From positions 66,147 through 130,146 of the forward strand of contig CAWEHR010000009.1 in assembly GCA_963808975.1 (NCBI GenBank): a DNA stretch of 64,000 bases, given 5' to 3'. The position numbers and the translations under genes were made by a program. Below are positions 27,987 to 37,639 of this stretch, one piece after another (the stretch's first letter is position 1; each line of letters opens with the position of its first letter). This stretch comes from an uncultured Gammaproteobacteria bacterium. GTDB lineage: Bacteria; Pseudomonadota; Gammaproteobacteria; Pseudomonadales; JAHEGP01. The notes under the pieces are model-generated. The model was not told the DNA's origin and searched no databases. It worked only from the letters and a program-made list of their open reading frames with translations.

Positions 27987-29747
27987 TTAATGGGAGTGAT
28001 GTGCGTGGGGCTGCGGCCCACCCTGGTCGAACAGTTCGAGCAGCGAGGCCCGTGCACCACGGCGCAGAAGTGAGGCGAGGTACAGAGTACAAAGCCCCGC
28101 CAGGGCGAGCCACTGCAGGGTCGAGTGGGCGTGGGATTCGGAATCCAGGTCGACGGCCTTAAAGTCAGGCAGCAGGCCATCGGTGAGATAGCCCAGGCAG
28201 ACGGTCGTGGTGAAGGTGACACCGGCAAAGATCAGGGCGATGCGCCGACCATGCAGGCCAGACAGTACTCCCAGAGTGGTGAGGTTGGTGGCCGGCCCGG
28301 TTATAAGAAAAGCCAGCGCCGCACCCGGCGACACCCCATTGAACAGCAGCACCGCCACCAGGGGGGTCGCGCCGGACGCACAGACATAGATCGGCATTCC
28401 AATCAGGGCGAAGATCGGCACAGCGAGCCCGGCCGGGATGTTTTCGACCAGGCCGCCGGCCAGCAGGGGCTGGGCCAGGGCCGCGAGCAGCAGGCCGGCG
28501 ACGATCCAGGGGCCGGTGTGATCCACCAGTTCTACCAGGCCGAAACGCAGCCCCTGATGCAGGCGTTGGGGCAAGGGTTGGAGGGGCTCTTCGCATGTGC
28601 TGTGGCCAGCGCCCATGCCCTTGAGTGCTGGGGTAAGCCGGCCCACCAGCATCCCCACGGTCAGGGCGACTACGGCAGCGGCGAGCACCCGGACAATGGT
28701 CATCTCCCCCCCCAGCAGTGGCAGGGACAGCAGCACCGCATCGATCCCCAATTCGGGGGTTGCAATCAGAAAGGACATGGCAGCCGTGGGTGGGGCACCG
28801 CGCTGTATAAGGGTGTGGTAGAGGGGCACAACGCCGCAGGAGCATACCGGCAGGGGGAGGCCCACGGCCACGCCCCGCAGCGACTGTGCCAGGGGGCGGC
28901 CCCGGGCCAACCATTCCACGTAAGCCGCCGGCATGAACACTGACGCCAGACCGGCGATGAGGTAGGCCAGCAGCAGGGCTGGCGCGCTTTCCAGCGCCAG
29001 ATTGAGCAGGGTCGCGCCGGCTTCGTGCAGCCAGGCCAGCTCGTGGCCGCCGCTGTGATTGGACGCCAGGTAGATCACCAGCGCAGCTCCCAGCAGATTA
29101 CCCAGGCCCTCGGGCCAGGCTGCTCGGGCGCCGTGACTGCAGTGATTGCTGCTATGGGGGCGGTGAACCAGCACGTGCATCAGTGAACCGGCCACGAATG
29201 CCTGGAAATAGGCTATGCTCCGGGTGTTCATTTGCGCCAGAATCTCGGGTGCGTAGGCGTAGCCCAGGGTGGTGCAGACACCGATCAACAGCAGCAGCCC
29301 CACACCGACCCGGTTGCCGTAGCGGGGATAGACGAACCACCAGATGGTGAGGGCGATGGGGAGGCGGTGCAACAGCACGCTGAAGGCGAGGAAGTCGGCG
29401 CTGCCGTGGTTAGCTGCACCGGTGGCAAGGGCGGCGCCATCGGTCATGGCGTGCAGGAACAGGCCGGTCAGGCCGAGCATCAGGGCCGCCCGGTGGACGC
29501 TCCCGGCGCCGTGGTGCAGTATACGCTCAGACAGCACCGGCAGCACCAGGCCGAGCACCAGGAACAGCAGGGCCAACCAGCCGCCGTTGGTGATGGCCTC
29601 GGGGAGTACCCCGAACAGCAACATGCCGCCAATGGCGGCGAAGATGAATCCGTCCAGAAGGCTGGTCAGGTCCGCGCGACTGACGCACATTCGGTACAGC
29701 CAGGGTGCCGCGATAAGGGATAGAAAACTGATGATGAGGTAGATCAT
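27987..29747 (-). CDS. fused membrane transporter: ZIP-like N-terminal half plus COG0701/DUF318 permease C-terminal half
   Basis: Start 'MIYLIISF' at 29747. N-terminal half has His-bearing TM motifs ('LFLHAMTDGAALA', 'LLHRLPIALTIW', 'SLMHVLVHRPH'). C-terminal half has 'LPLPVCSCGVVPLY'. The tail is His-rich, 'PQPHAHHSH'. Confidence 0.65.
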   Translation of the reverse strand: MIYLIISFLSLIAAPWLYRMCVSRADLTSLLDGFIFAAIGGMLLFGVLPEAITNGGWLALLFLVLGLVLPVLSERILHHGAGSVHRAALMLGLTGLFLHAMTDGAALATGAANHGSADFLAFSVLLHRLPIALTIWWFVYPRYGNRVGVGLLLLIGVCTTLGYAYAPEILAQMNTRSIAYFQAFVAGSLMHVLVHRPHSSNHCSHGARAAWPEGLGNLLGAALVIYLASNHSGGHELAWLHEAGATLLNLALESAPALLLAYLIAGLASVFMPAAYVEWLARGRPLAQSLRGVAVGLPLPVCSCGVVPLYHTLIQRGAPPTAAMSFLIATPELGIDAVLLSLPLLGGEMTIVRVLAAAVVALTVGMLVGRLTPALKGMGAGHSTCEEPLQPLPQRLHQGLRFGLVELVDHTGPWIVAGLLLAALAQPLLAGGLVENIPAGLAVPIFALIGMPIYVCASGATPLVAVLLFNGVSPGAALAFLITGPATNLTTLGVLSGLHGRRIALIFAGVTFTTTVCLGYLTDGLLPDFKAVDLDSESHAHSTLQWLALAGLCTLYLASLLRRGARASLLELFDQGGPQPHAHHSH

Positions 29748-29879
29748 GGTAACCCTGTTGGAGGCTGCGGCGCGGCAGGGGCGGGGTGTTGCCGGGTGGC
29801 AGACAACAGCGGGCGACAATTTAGCATTTTCCCCAGGGGCAGACAATTCAGCGTGATTCCGGCGCGGCTGCAACTGCGT

Positions 29880-30341
29880 TTATGCTGCTTCATGAGCGCA
29901 TTCCTGGCAGAGGCAATGTAACTCCAGTTGCGGGCTTTTGAGGACGTATCCCACATTCTCTACGTTGCGCTTCAGGGTGGCGACCAGGGCCTTTTTAATC
30001 CCGACCTCCTTCACGTTGCTGCATGCATCGCAGATCAGGAATTGCGGTACTTCGTGGGCGTGGTCACAACTGATATGGGAGCAGGCGATGTACTTGTTGG
30101 CCAGGTGGAGCTTGTGTACCAGGTTTTCCTCGGTCAGGAAGTCGAGGATGCGATACACCGTTGTCGGTGGCAGGGATTCGTCAAATTCCTTGCGCATGTA
30201 TTCAATCAGTTCATAAGCTGACAGGGCTTTCTGCGATTGCAGCAAGCCTGCAAGTATGCGTCTGCGCTTTTCCGTCAGCCTGGCGCCACTGGCGCGACAA
30301 CTTGCCTCGGCATGGTCGAGAATCCGGGTAATTTCGCTCAT
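29880..30341 (-). CDS. zur: Fur-family regulator, Zur-like
   Basis: 'LTEKRRRILAGLL..SAYELIEYMR' wHTH. Cys/His clusters 'CSHISCDHAHE', 'LICDACSNV' and 'HCLCQEC'. Confidence 0.8.
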   Translation of the reverse strand: MSEITRILDHAEASCRASGARLTEKRRRILAGLLQSQKALSAYELIEYMRKEFDESLPPTTVYRILDFLTEENLVHKLHLANKYIACSHISCDHAHEVPQFLICDACSNVKEVGIKKALVATLKRNVENVGYVLKSPQLELHCLCQECAHEAA

Positions 30342-30445
30342 GGGTTTTTACCTGACGATAAGGTGACGGCAACTTTTATCCAGCGCGATAGCGCACTGTC
30401 GACCATTGGCTACCTACAGCAACTTCAGTGGCCGCTAAAAGTAAC

Positions 30446-30458
30446 GATATAACATATC
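30446..30458. promoter_or_regulatory. candidate Fur/Zur-type box
   Basis: GATAT-AAC-ATATC palindrome inside AT-rich 'GTAACGATATAACATATCATAAAC', about 105 nt upstream of zur. It contains a TATAACA half-site like known Zur boxes. Confidence 0.3.
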
Positions 30459-30665
30459 ATAAACTGGCTGCCGATGCGGGCAACTATTGGTCGTCGCTAT
30501 GGACAGCAGAAAAGTCGGTGTCGCTTGTTTTTTCGTCTATAAATAGTATTTCACTTGGCTATTGTCTTCATTTCTATCGGTTGGGGCGATGCCGCCATGG
30601 GTGTCCCGCAGCCGCAGTAGCCCCAAGTGCTAACCGGACCATTATTTACCAGCAGGAACAAAACC

Positions 30666-32336
30666 ATGAGAAGTCGTAAATCCCTGTCTCCAATTGCGAG
30701 CCTGATGCGCCGCCTGCGCGCCGCAGATGCCCTGTCAGAAAAAACCGGCATCTCTGCCGACGAGAGTCTCGACATCATCAATGAGGGAGTGCGCCACAGC
30801 GGCAACAGCGCCGATTCGGAGGCTCGCCGCCAGTTCCTCAAGCAGCTTGGTCTCGGCGCCGCGGCCGTCGGTACAGCCACTGCGCTCGGTACCGCGCCGC
30901 GCCGCGCGGAAGCTGTGGCCGGTGGCGCTACTGATCCGGGGCGTGTCGCCATCATTGGTGGTGGCCTGGCCGGTATTCGCTGTGCACACCGCCTGTACAA
31001 AAACTATGGCACCCCCAGCAGGGTGTTCGAGGGCAACACCCGCCTGGGTGGCCGCGTCCTGACCAATCGCACCATTTTTGGCGCTCCGGTGGAGCGCGGT
31101 GGCGAGCTGATCTCTACCGAGCACACCTACGCTCGCAACCTGGCCAACAACCTGGGCCTGGATATTGAGGATGTAAACGGCAATGCGGTGCCTGGTGGCA
31201 ACGAGCTGTATTTCATCAACGGTCAGCTTTACACCGAGCACCAGCTAAACGCCGAATGGCGCGATGTCTACAAGATCTTCAAGCGTGCCCAGCAGGAGGC
31301 TCCCTGGGTGCCGACCTATGATAGCCACAACGCCATGCACAGGGAGCTGGACTATATCGACGTAAACAGCTGGCTGGACGATGTTGGAATCGGTGCCAAC
31401 TCCAATATGGGGCAAGTGTTCCAGGCGGATATCGTAGCCGAGTACGGCATCCAGCCCGAGGACACCACGGCGCTTAACCTCATCTACCTGCTGGCGTGGA
31501 ACCCGGTCAATACTGCACTGCCGCTGGCCGGCACCGATGAGCGCTTCCGCATCGCAGGCGGTAACGACCAGTTGGTGACACGTATGGTCGAGGAACTGCC
31601 GGAGGGCACCGTCGAGACCGGCCGCAAGCTGGTGGCGATCAGGGGCGATATCAACGGCCCCTATACGCTGACGTTTGAGGATGGCTTCGAGCACATCTGT
31701 GATCGCCTGGTTCTGGCGCTGCCGTTCTCCACACTCAAGGATGTGGATATCGAACCGCGCCTGTACGACGCCTTTCGGCCGCAGAAGTGCATGGCGATCG
31801 AGCGCATGGCGTTTGGCTCCAACGGCAAGATGGCCGTTCACTGTGCAACCCGCCCGTGGGCACGGACGCTGCTGGTCAACGGCGAGAGCTTCACCCCTAA
31901 CGGCGTGACCTATGTGGGTCGCCCCGAGCTGTTCGACACCTGGGACTCCACTTCGGTGACGGGCTCCACCGACGGCATCCTGGTTGACTTCTTCGGTGGC
32001 AACTACGGTAGGGACATCGGTGGCAACAAGCCATTCGCGCCACCGCGCCAGCAGGACCTGAACCACTTCTTCGGTATCGTCGACCAGATATTCCCGGGCA
32101 CCGGTGCGGCCTTTACCGGCACCGCGATGCTGTCCAAGTGGGCGGCCAACCCCTGGTCCAAGGGATCCTACTCCACCCAGACTTTTGGTGACTACACTGA
32201 ATGGTGGGGTGCTGCCGGGCTGCGCGAGGGCAATGTTTTCTTCTGTGGGGAGCACACCGCGGTGGAGACATTCGGCTATATCGACGGTGCCATCAGCACC
32301 GGCGAGCGCGCGGCGCAAGAAATCCACCAGACCTGA
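30666..32336 (+). CDS. flavin-containing amine oxidase with Tat-type signal
   Basis: 'RVAIIGGGLAGIRCAHRL' FAD fold, C-terminal 'FFCGEHT', and Tat motif 'ARRQFLKQLGLGAAAVGTATALG' beginning about 54 residues after the first ATG. Confidence 0.85.
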   Translation: MRSRKSLSPIASLMRRLRAADALSEKTGISADESLDIINEGVRHSGNSADSEARRQFLKQLGLGAAAVGTATALGTAPRRAEAVAGGATDPGRVAIIGGGLAGIRCAHRLYKNYGTPSRVFEGNTRLGGRVLTNRTIFGAPVERGGELISTEHTYARNLANNLGLDIEDVNGNAVPGGNELYFINGQLYTEHQLNAEWRDVYKIFKRAQQEAPWVPTYDSHNAMHRELDYIDVNSWLDDVGIGANSNMGQVFQADIVAEYGIQPEDTTALNLIYLLAWNPVNTALPLAGTDERFRIAGGNDQLVTRMVEELPEGTVETGRKLVAIRGDINGPYTLTFEDGFEHICDRLVLALPFSTLKDVDIEPRLYDAFRPQKCMAIERMAFGSNGKMAVHCATRPWARTLLVNGESFTPNGVTYVGRPELFDTWDSTSVTGSTDGILVDFFGGNYGRDIGGNKPFAPPRQQDLNHFFGIVDQIFPGTGAAFTGTAMLSKWAANPWSKGSYSTQTFGDYTEWWGAAGLREGNVFFCGEHTAVETFGYIDGAISTGERAAQEIHQT

Positions 32337-32357
32337 CATCAACGCAGCGGGACGGCT

Positions 32358-32389
32358 GGGCCCACCGTGAACGGTGGGCCCTTTTTTTT
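32358..32389 (+). terminator. rho-independent terminator of the amine oxidase gene
   Basis: GGGCCCACCG-TGAA-CGGTGGGCCC followed by T8. Confidence 0.85.
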
Positions 32390-33154
32390 CTGTTCGCTAT
32401 GGCTGCACTAGTACAGGAGCATACAGGGCAACCCCTTGGCCTTGGCTACTTTCGATTTCAGTGCCCCCAGCCTCACCATCAACGGTGACATCACTGTCCA
32501 GCGATACCACCAGGTAGCACAGCACTTTGCGGCTGACGCTTATGCCGTCGATAATCCCTGCCGCCAGGACGATGGGGATTACGTGCCTTTGCGACCCTGC
32601 ATGTGTTAACCAGTGCATCTACAATCCGCCTATCCAGGATAGTGGGTAAGAGGTTTTTGACGACGGGTGAAGTAAAGCAAACCTCTTCATCACCGTTTTG
32701 CGCATTCCAGCCGATATATCATTTCGATACCAGCGGCGTGAACAGCAGGGTGTGCAAAGTGCAGAGCAAACCCTATTATGTGGTCCTGGCTCCTGCCGTG
32801 ATTCGGCAGGTCTGTTGAGGGCCGCTGCCCGTCACCGGGGCCTAGCCGCCTGTTTTTTAGTCGGTGTTGGTACAGATTCTGTAGCTACAGTGATTGGTCC
32901 CCATGCTGTCCGGCCAGCCAGGCTCCGCTCATGCACTTGTTGCAGTGTTTATCCCTGGAGCCCGTTGAAAAGGGTTAGATCCAACCGGGGGCATTATTGT
33001 CGGTGCTGAATACAGTGCTGTTGCTGTCGCCAGAGTACCGGAGTCCGTGCCACGTATCAGCGGGCCTTTTCATGGGCCGCTCGGTGCCAGCATGTTTGTT
33101 AATGTCCAGGTAACAACCCTGCCCGGTAAAGTATTTGAACAGTGAGGTTTCCGT

Positions 33155-33937
33155 ATGTGGTTGCAGACAAGCTGTGAAATAGAGTTTTTCATTGAGATTC
33201 CTACGCCATTGATTTTAATGCTGCGACCCAGGAGCGGTGCCCAGCAGTGGATAGCCAGCGAGCAGTACCTGCTTTACCCCAGTGTGCCCGTTTTTGAATT
33301 TACTGATGACTACGGCAACCTGTGCCAGCGGCTGGTTGCCCCTCCAGGCGAGTTCAAGCTGTCTACTGCTGCCCGTATCATGACCGCCGACACTATCGAC
33401 CAGGCGCCTGGTGGAGCCTTTGTCGATGTTCAGAATCTGCCGGACCACGTGCTGAAGTACCTGTTGCCCAGCCGCTATTGCGAATCGGACCGATTCGGTG
33501 ACATGGCGGCAGACATAACCGCCAGCCAGCAACCGGGTTATGATCAGGTCGCTGAAATCGAACGCTGGCTACACACATCGATCGGTTTCCAGCCCGGTAG
33601 TAGTTTTTCATCGCTGTCAGCCATTGAAGTGAACCAGAACCAGTCCGGCGTGTGCAGGGACCTGTCGCACCTGGGTATAGCCCTGTGCAGAAGCCTGAGT
33701 ATCCCCGCCCGCATGGTGGTCGGCTATTTGCATGGCCTTGAACCGATGGAATTCCATGCCTGGTTTGAAGCCTATGTTGCCGATCGCTGGTTTACCTTTG
33801 ATGCCACACAAGCGTCCAAAAAAGGGGGCTACGTGGCGATTGGCTATGGTCGCGATGCTGCCGACGTGGCGATTTACAACCAATTCGGTCCCGCCATTTC
33901 CCCCCTGCAGCAACGAGTTTGCGTGCAGCGTGTTTAG
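33155..33937 (+). CDS. transglutaminase-like cysteine protease family protein
   Basis: Cys-His-Asp core contexts '[11 protein letters not shown]', 'FHAWFEAY' and 'WFTFDAT'. Confidence 0.85.
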   Translation: MWLQTSCEIEFFIEIPTPLILMLRPRSGAQQWIASEQYLLYPSVPVFEFTDDYGNLCQRLVAPPGEFKLSTAARIMTADTIDQAPGGAFVDVQNLPDHVLKYLLPSRYCESDRFGDMAADITASQQPGYDQVAEIERWLHTSIGFQPGSSFSSLSAIEVNQNQSGVCRDLSHLGIALCRSLSIPARMVVGYLHGLEPMEFHAWFEAYVADRWFTFDATQASKKGGYVAIGYGRDAADVAIYNQFGPAISPLQQRVCVQRV

Positions 33938-34373
33938 ACTCGTGGGGTAAGTAAACGTGGTGTATAAGTGCTCTTGCTGTGGCTCTCTCGGCCCCGCAGG
34001 AACCGGATACTGACTCCATTCCCGTCCCGAATATATGGATCGGTAAGGCTGACAAGCAGTTTACCGATCGATGTAGCGAGAGGCATGCGGCGCACGAGGC
34101 GTCGCCACCATCCAGCAGTATGGCGCGCGCGTCATAGCGCCCAACCCAGTGGACACGTGCTCGCAGAAGCGCATCTTCTGGGTGGATGGTGGCCCGGCAA
34201 CTCTTCGGGGGGAGATAATTGTGCTTGCTGGCCTGCAGATCGAGGTGGTCACAGCGCTCGTATAACGAGCCGCCTTCCAACCGGTGACAAACGATCGGCA
34301 GACGAAGTCTTCCGCTGAGATGCGCCACAAAAGTATGGACAGGATACGGCCGCTAGCTTACAGTATTGGCCTC

Positions 34374-34658
34374 ATGATGCCCCCTAGGTTCGCTCTCAAT
34401 TCCGCCTGGCTACCAACTCTGCTGTTGGTACTGCTTTTGGGTGCGCAGCTGCTGCAGTCTGGCCATGTGCATGCCGATCACTTGCCGGCGGGCGACTGTC
34501 TACAGTGCCAGTTCGATACACCGGCGGCTCCCGCTGCCAGCTGCTCATGCCTGATTGTGATTCTTCCGGCGGGCGCCGATGCGTCCGCTTTGCACAACGC
34601 GCCTGCCTGCGGGTCTTACCGCCTTCCTGCCCGGGGTCCTCCCATTCATTCCTGTTGA
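34374..34658 (+). CDS. small exported protein, DUF2946-like
   Basis: From 'MMPPRFALNSAWLPTLLLVLLLGAQLL' (signal-like), then 'HVHADHLPAGDCLQCQ'. It lies immediately upstream of a TonB-dependent receptor, as is typical for DUF2946. Confidence 0.4.
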   Translation: MMPPRFALNSAWLPTLLLVLLLGAQLLQSGHVHADHLPAGDCLQCQFDTPAAPAASCSCLIVILPAGADASALHNAPACGSYRLPARGPPIHSC

Positions 34659-34695
34659 TTACACCCCCCTTCTCAAACTCGACAGGAAAATACAC

Positions 34696-36792
34696 ATGAA
34701 GCGTACACTTTTGGCGGCCCTGGTTGGGGCTGCGAGCCATGCCATGGCACAGGAAAACGATCAGCGCATGGAACATGTTCTGGTGTCTGTGCCCATTCAC
34801 AAGAAAACCGCGGAAACCGGGCTGCCCGTGACTGTACTTTCCGGAGACGAGCTCAGCCGCAACGTGGCGAGCACCATCGGCGAAACATTGCAGGGCAAAC
34901 CCGGCATTTCCAGCGCCTCCTTCGGGCCGGGAGTTGGCCGTCCGGTCATCCGCGGGCAACAGGGCGTGCGCGTGATCACGGTGAGCAACGGCACCGCGGT
35001 AGCAGACGTCTCCAGCCTCAGCCCCGACCATGCTGTCGGGGTCGAGCCTATGTTGGCCGACAGCATTGAAGTATTGCGCGGCCCCTCGACGCTGCTATAC
35101 GGCGGTGCCATCGGCGGCGTGATCAACGTTATCGACAACCGCATCCCCAGAGCACCGATAGACGGTGTCCGCGGCGCCGTGGAGTACCGTTACGATGGTG
35201 CCACCGATGGCAATACCGGTGTCGCCAAACTCGAGGCGGGCACTGGAGACCTGGCGTTTCATATCAGCGGTAGCCTGCGCGACTTCGACGATGTCGAGAT
35301 CCCGGGCGAGGCCATTGATGAGGCAGCACTGGAGCAGCAGGAGCACCTGCTGGAGGGCAGTGGGCACGACGACCCCGGCGAGCATGGAGAGGAGGAGATT
35401 GAGAACACCGATGGTTTCATCGCCAATACCGATGGTGACGTTGACGCCTACACCCTGGGTGCCAGCTACCAACTGGGTGAGCGTGGTTTTTTTGGCCTGG
35501 CGTATAATAAATTTGACACCAATTACGGTATACCCCCGGGTGCCCACGGTCACGGCCACGAAGAAGAGCAGGACGAAGAGCATGAGCATGGTGAAGAGAA
35601 TATCCGCATCGACATGGTGCAGGAACGTTACGATGCCCAGCTTCACTATCATGAATTGGTTCCCGGGCTGGTAGACGTCGCGCGGGCTTTTTTCACCTAC
35701 ACCGATTACGAGCATCAGGAACTTGAGGGAAGCGAGGTTGGAACCAGCTTCGACCGCGATACCTGGGAAGGGCGTCTGGAGTTGGTGCGCGAGGCCGAGA
35801 ATCACTCTGTGCTGGGTTTGCAATACCGCATGGACGAATTCGAGGCAATAGGCGAGGAGGCTTATATCCCGAAGACGGATTCCCTCGAATGGGGGCTGTT
35901 TTACATCCAGGATTTCCATAGTGGCGACTGGATGTTCGAACTCGGGGCACGGGTTGATCAGGTAGATCGCGACCCGGATGCAGCGAGTCTCAGCGACGCC
36001 GACTTTACCAGTTACAGTGGTTCCGGTGCCGCCATCTACCAGTTCAACGCTTTCTGGAACATAGGGCTGGCCCTGTCCTACTCCGAGCGGGCGCCGGCTA
36101 CTGAGGAATTGTATTCCAATGTCGAAAATTCGGCAGAAGATCTGATTGTGCACGCGGCCACGGGGGTGATAGAAATCGGAGACCCCGAACTCGATAAGGA
36201 GAGCTCGATAAACGCTGACCTGTCGCTTAACTGGCTGGGAGATCGTTCCTGGGCTGAGCTCACCACGTTTTACAATAATGCCGGGGATTATATCTACCTG
36301 CAGAACTCCGCCACCGAGATCGACGGGACCCCAATATATAACTACGAGCAGGAAGACGCGACATTCTACGGCGTGGAACTGGATTCCAGTTTCCACCTCG
36401 GCGACGTGGCAGGAGGCGCCATCGAACTGGGAGTGTTCGGCGATATGATTCGCGGTGAATTCGACGACAGTGGCGATGTTCCCAGGCTGCCGCCGCGGCG
36501 GTTGGGCGCATCGCTGTCATGGAGCGGCCCAGCCCTGGGGGCCTATGTCCGCGTGGTCAACGCGGCCAAGCAGGACAATCCCGGCGACTTCGAAACCGAG
36601 ACTGACGGCTATACCCGCTGGGACGCCGGCTTGGATTATCGCTTCAGCCTAAGCGATAACACGGAAATGCTCGCGTTCCTGAAATGGAAGAACATCAGCG
36701 ACGAGGAGATCCGCCTCAGCACGTCGTTTCTGCGCAATTATGCGCCCCAGGCCGGGCAGTCGGTGGAGGCCGGTATTCGGTTGACGTTCTGA
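34696..36792 (+). CDS. TonB-dependent outer-membrane receptor with His/Glu-rich loops (Zn/Cu-type)
   Basis: Signal 'MKRTLLAALVGAASHAMA', plug 'GISSASFGPGVGRPVIRGQQG', C-terminal 'GIRLTF'. Inserts 'GSGHDDPGEHGEEEIE' and 'GAHGHGHEEEQDEEHEHGEEN'. Confidence 0.9.
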   Translation: MKRTLLAALVGAASHAMAQENDQRMEHVLVSVPIHKKTAETGLPVTVLSGDELSRNVASTIGETLQGKPGISSASFGPGVGRPVIRGQQGVRVITVSNGTAVADVSSLSPDHAVGVEPMLADSIEVLRGPSTLLYGGAIGGVINVIDNRIPRAPIDGVRGAVEYRYDGATDGNTGVAKLEAGTGDLAFHISGSLRDFDDVEIPGEAIDEAALEQQEHLLEGSGHDDPGEHGEEEIENTDGFIANTDGDVDAYTLGASYQLGERGFFGLAYNKFDTNYGIPPGAHGHGHEEEQDEEHEHGEENIRIDMVQERYDAQLHYHELVPGLVDVARAFFTYTDYEHQELEGSEVGTSFDRDTWEGRLELVREAENHSVLGLQYRMDEFEAIGEEAYIPKTDSLEWGLFYIQDFHSGDWMFELGARVDQVDRDPDAASLSDADFTSYSGSGAAIYQFNAFWNIGLALSYSERAPATEELYSNVENSAEDLIVHAATGVIEIGDPELDKESSINADLSLNWLGDRSWAELTTFYNNAGDYIYLQNSATEIDGTPIYNYEQEDATFYGVELDSSFHLGDVAGGAIELGVFGDMIRGEFDDSGDVPRLPPRRLGASLSWSGPALGAYVRVVNAAKQDNPGDFETETDGYTRWDAGLDYRFSLSDNTEMLAFLKWKNISDEEIRLSTSFLRNYAPQAGQSVEAGIRLTF

Positions 36793-37144
36793 GGGCCTGC
36801 CGGAGCAGTGTCCGGCAATGCAGCACCGCGCAGCGACCCGGTTTCGTTGCGCGGTGGTTCGAAGCAAGCGGATGTGGCTGCTACATCTGCGTCGATGTCA
36901 AAACTGCACTGATCACCCGGTGCACTATCGGTACCCTAGCCGCCATGCTTCGCCGATTCTGATCGTGCTGGTTGTGGGACGAATCATCTGGGGATTTGTC
37001 GGGTAGCGAGCATGCACGGTTCAGTGACTTTGCGCTCGGCCCATGCGCGATATTGGGTTACATGCGCGGGGAGGGAAGCCCCACGCCGGGCCACAACTCC
37101 CTGGGCGCCTTGTCGGTGCTTGCCCTGCTGGTGCCAATGGCGAG

Positions 37145-37411
37145 TCCTTGCGCGATCCGCGCATATCACCGGTCTATGGCGACCTGTCCGGACTGCCTCC
37201 GCTGCTGATTCACGGTGGAAAGCAGCAGTTTTTGGCGAGGGACGCCCTGGTGCTGTGTGAACGGGCACGCGGGCAGGGAGTAGATGTGAGTCTCGACCAA
37301 TATGAAGGCAGAATGCACGCGTTACACTCCTTTGTTCACCTGTCAAGGCAGGCGAGGGCGTACCTGGAGCGGGCTGCCGATTTTCTGCAAAGCCGCGGCG
37401 CCGGATGGTGA
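37145..37411 (+). pseudogene. alpha/beta-hydrolase (HSL-type esterase) C-terminal remnant
   Basis: 'DPRISPVYGDLSGLPPLLIHGGKQQFLARDALVLCERARGQGVDVSLDQYEGRMHALHSF' is the C-terminal ~85 aa of the fold. No nucleophile-elbow region lies upstream in frame. Confidence 0.5.
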
Positions 37412-37639
37412 GCGTGGGTGTGCCAGTACCAGCCGGGTCCAAGTGCCGGCGTTAAGTGTCGCGGGAGTCTGCCGTTGGTGGAGCCGGCGCCAGGGGGTAA
37501 TAAGCGCGCTATTAGCGCGGCCTGCACATATTTCCTTTTGGCATTTCCTTTGGCAGAGTCGACTTAAACAGCCCAGCCACTTATGCTCGGTGAGCATTGC
37601 TAGAACAAATAGGCCAAGCCACTGGGAGAAACAACACTA

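Noticed and set aside
26365-28113. Long antisense/overlapping ORFs. Examples: 26365..28113 -, 41941..43341 -, 35095..36396 -, 61093..62286 -, 62575..63537 -, 38878..40059 +, 13638..14504 +, 28125..28943 +, 40644..41357 +.
   Set aside because: Each lies opposite or out of frame to a gene with clear family motifs (copA, malic enzyme, TonB receptor, secD/secF, ansB, apaH, permease, aspA). Their translations are Arg/Gly/Pro/His-rich, as expected of shadow frames in GC-rich DNA.
32397-32618. 73-aa minus-strand ORF in the 800-bp gap after the amine oxidase terminator
   Set aside because: Its composition is plausible, but there is no recognisable family, no SD, and no neighbouring gene on that strand. 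I left it unannotated. The gap 32390-33154 remains unexplained.
33792-34328. 178-aa minus-strand ORF between the transglutaminase-like gene and the DUF2946-like gene
   Set aside because: It overlaps the 3' 146 nt of the well-supported transglutaminase-like CDS. It is Arg/Cys/His-rich, has no recognisable domain, and has no SD.
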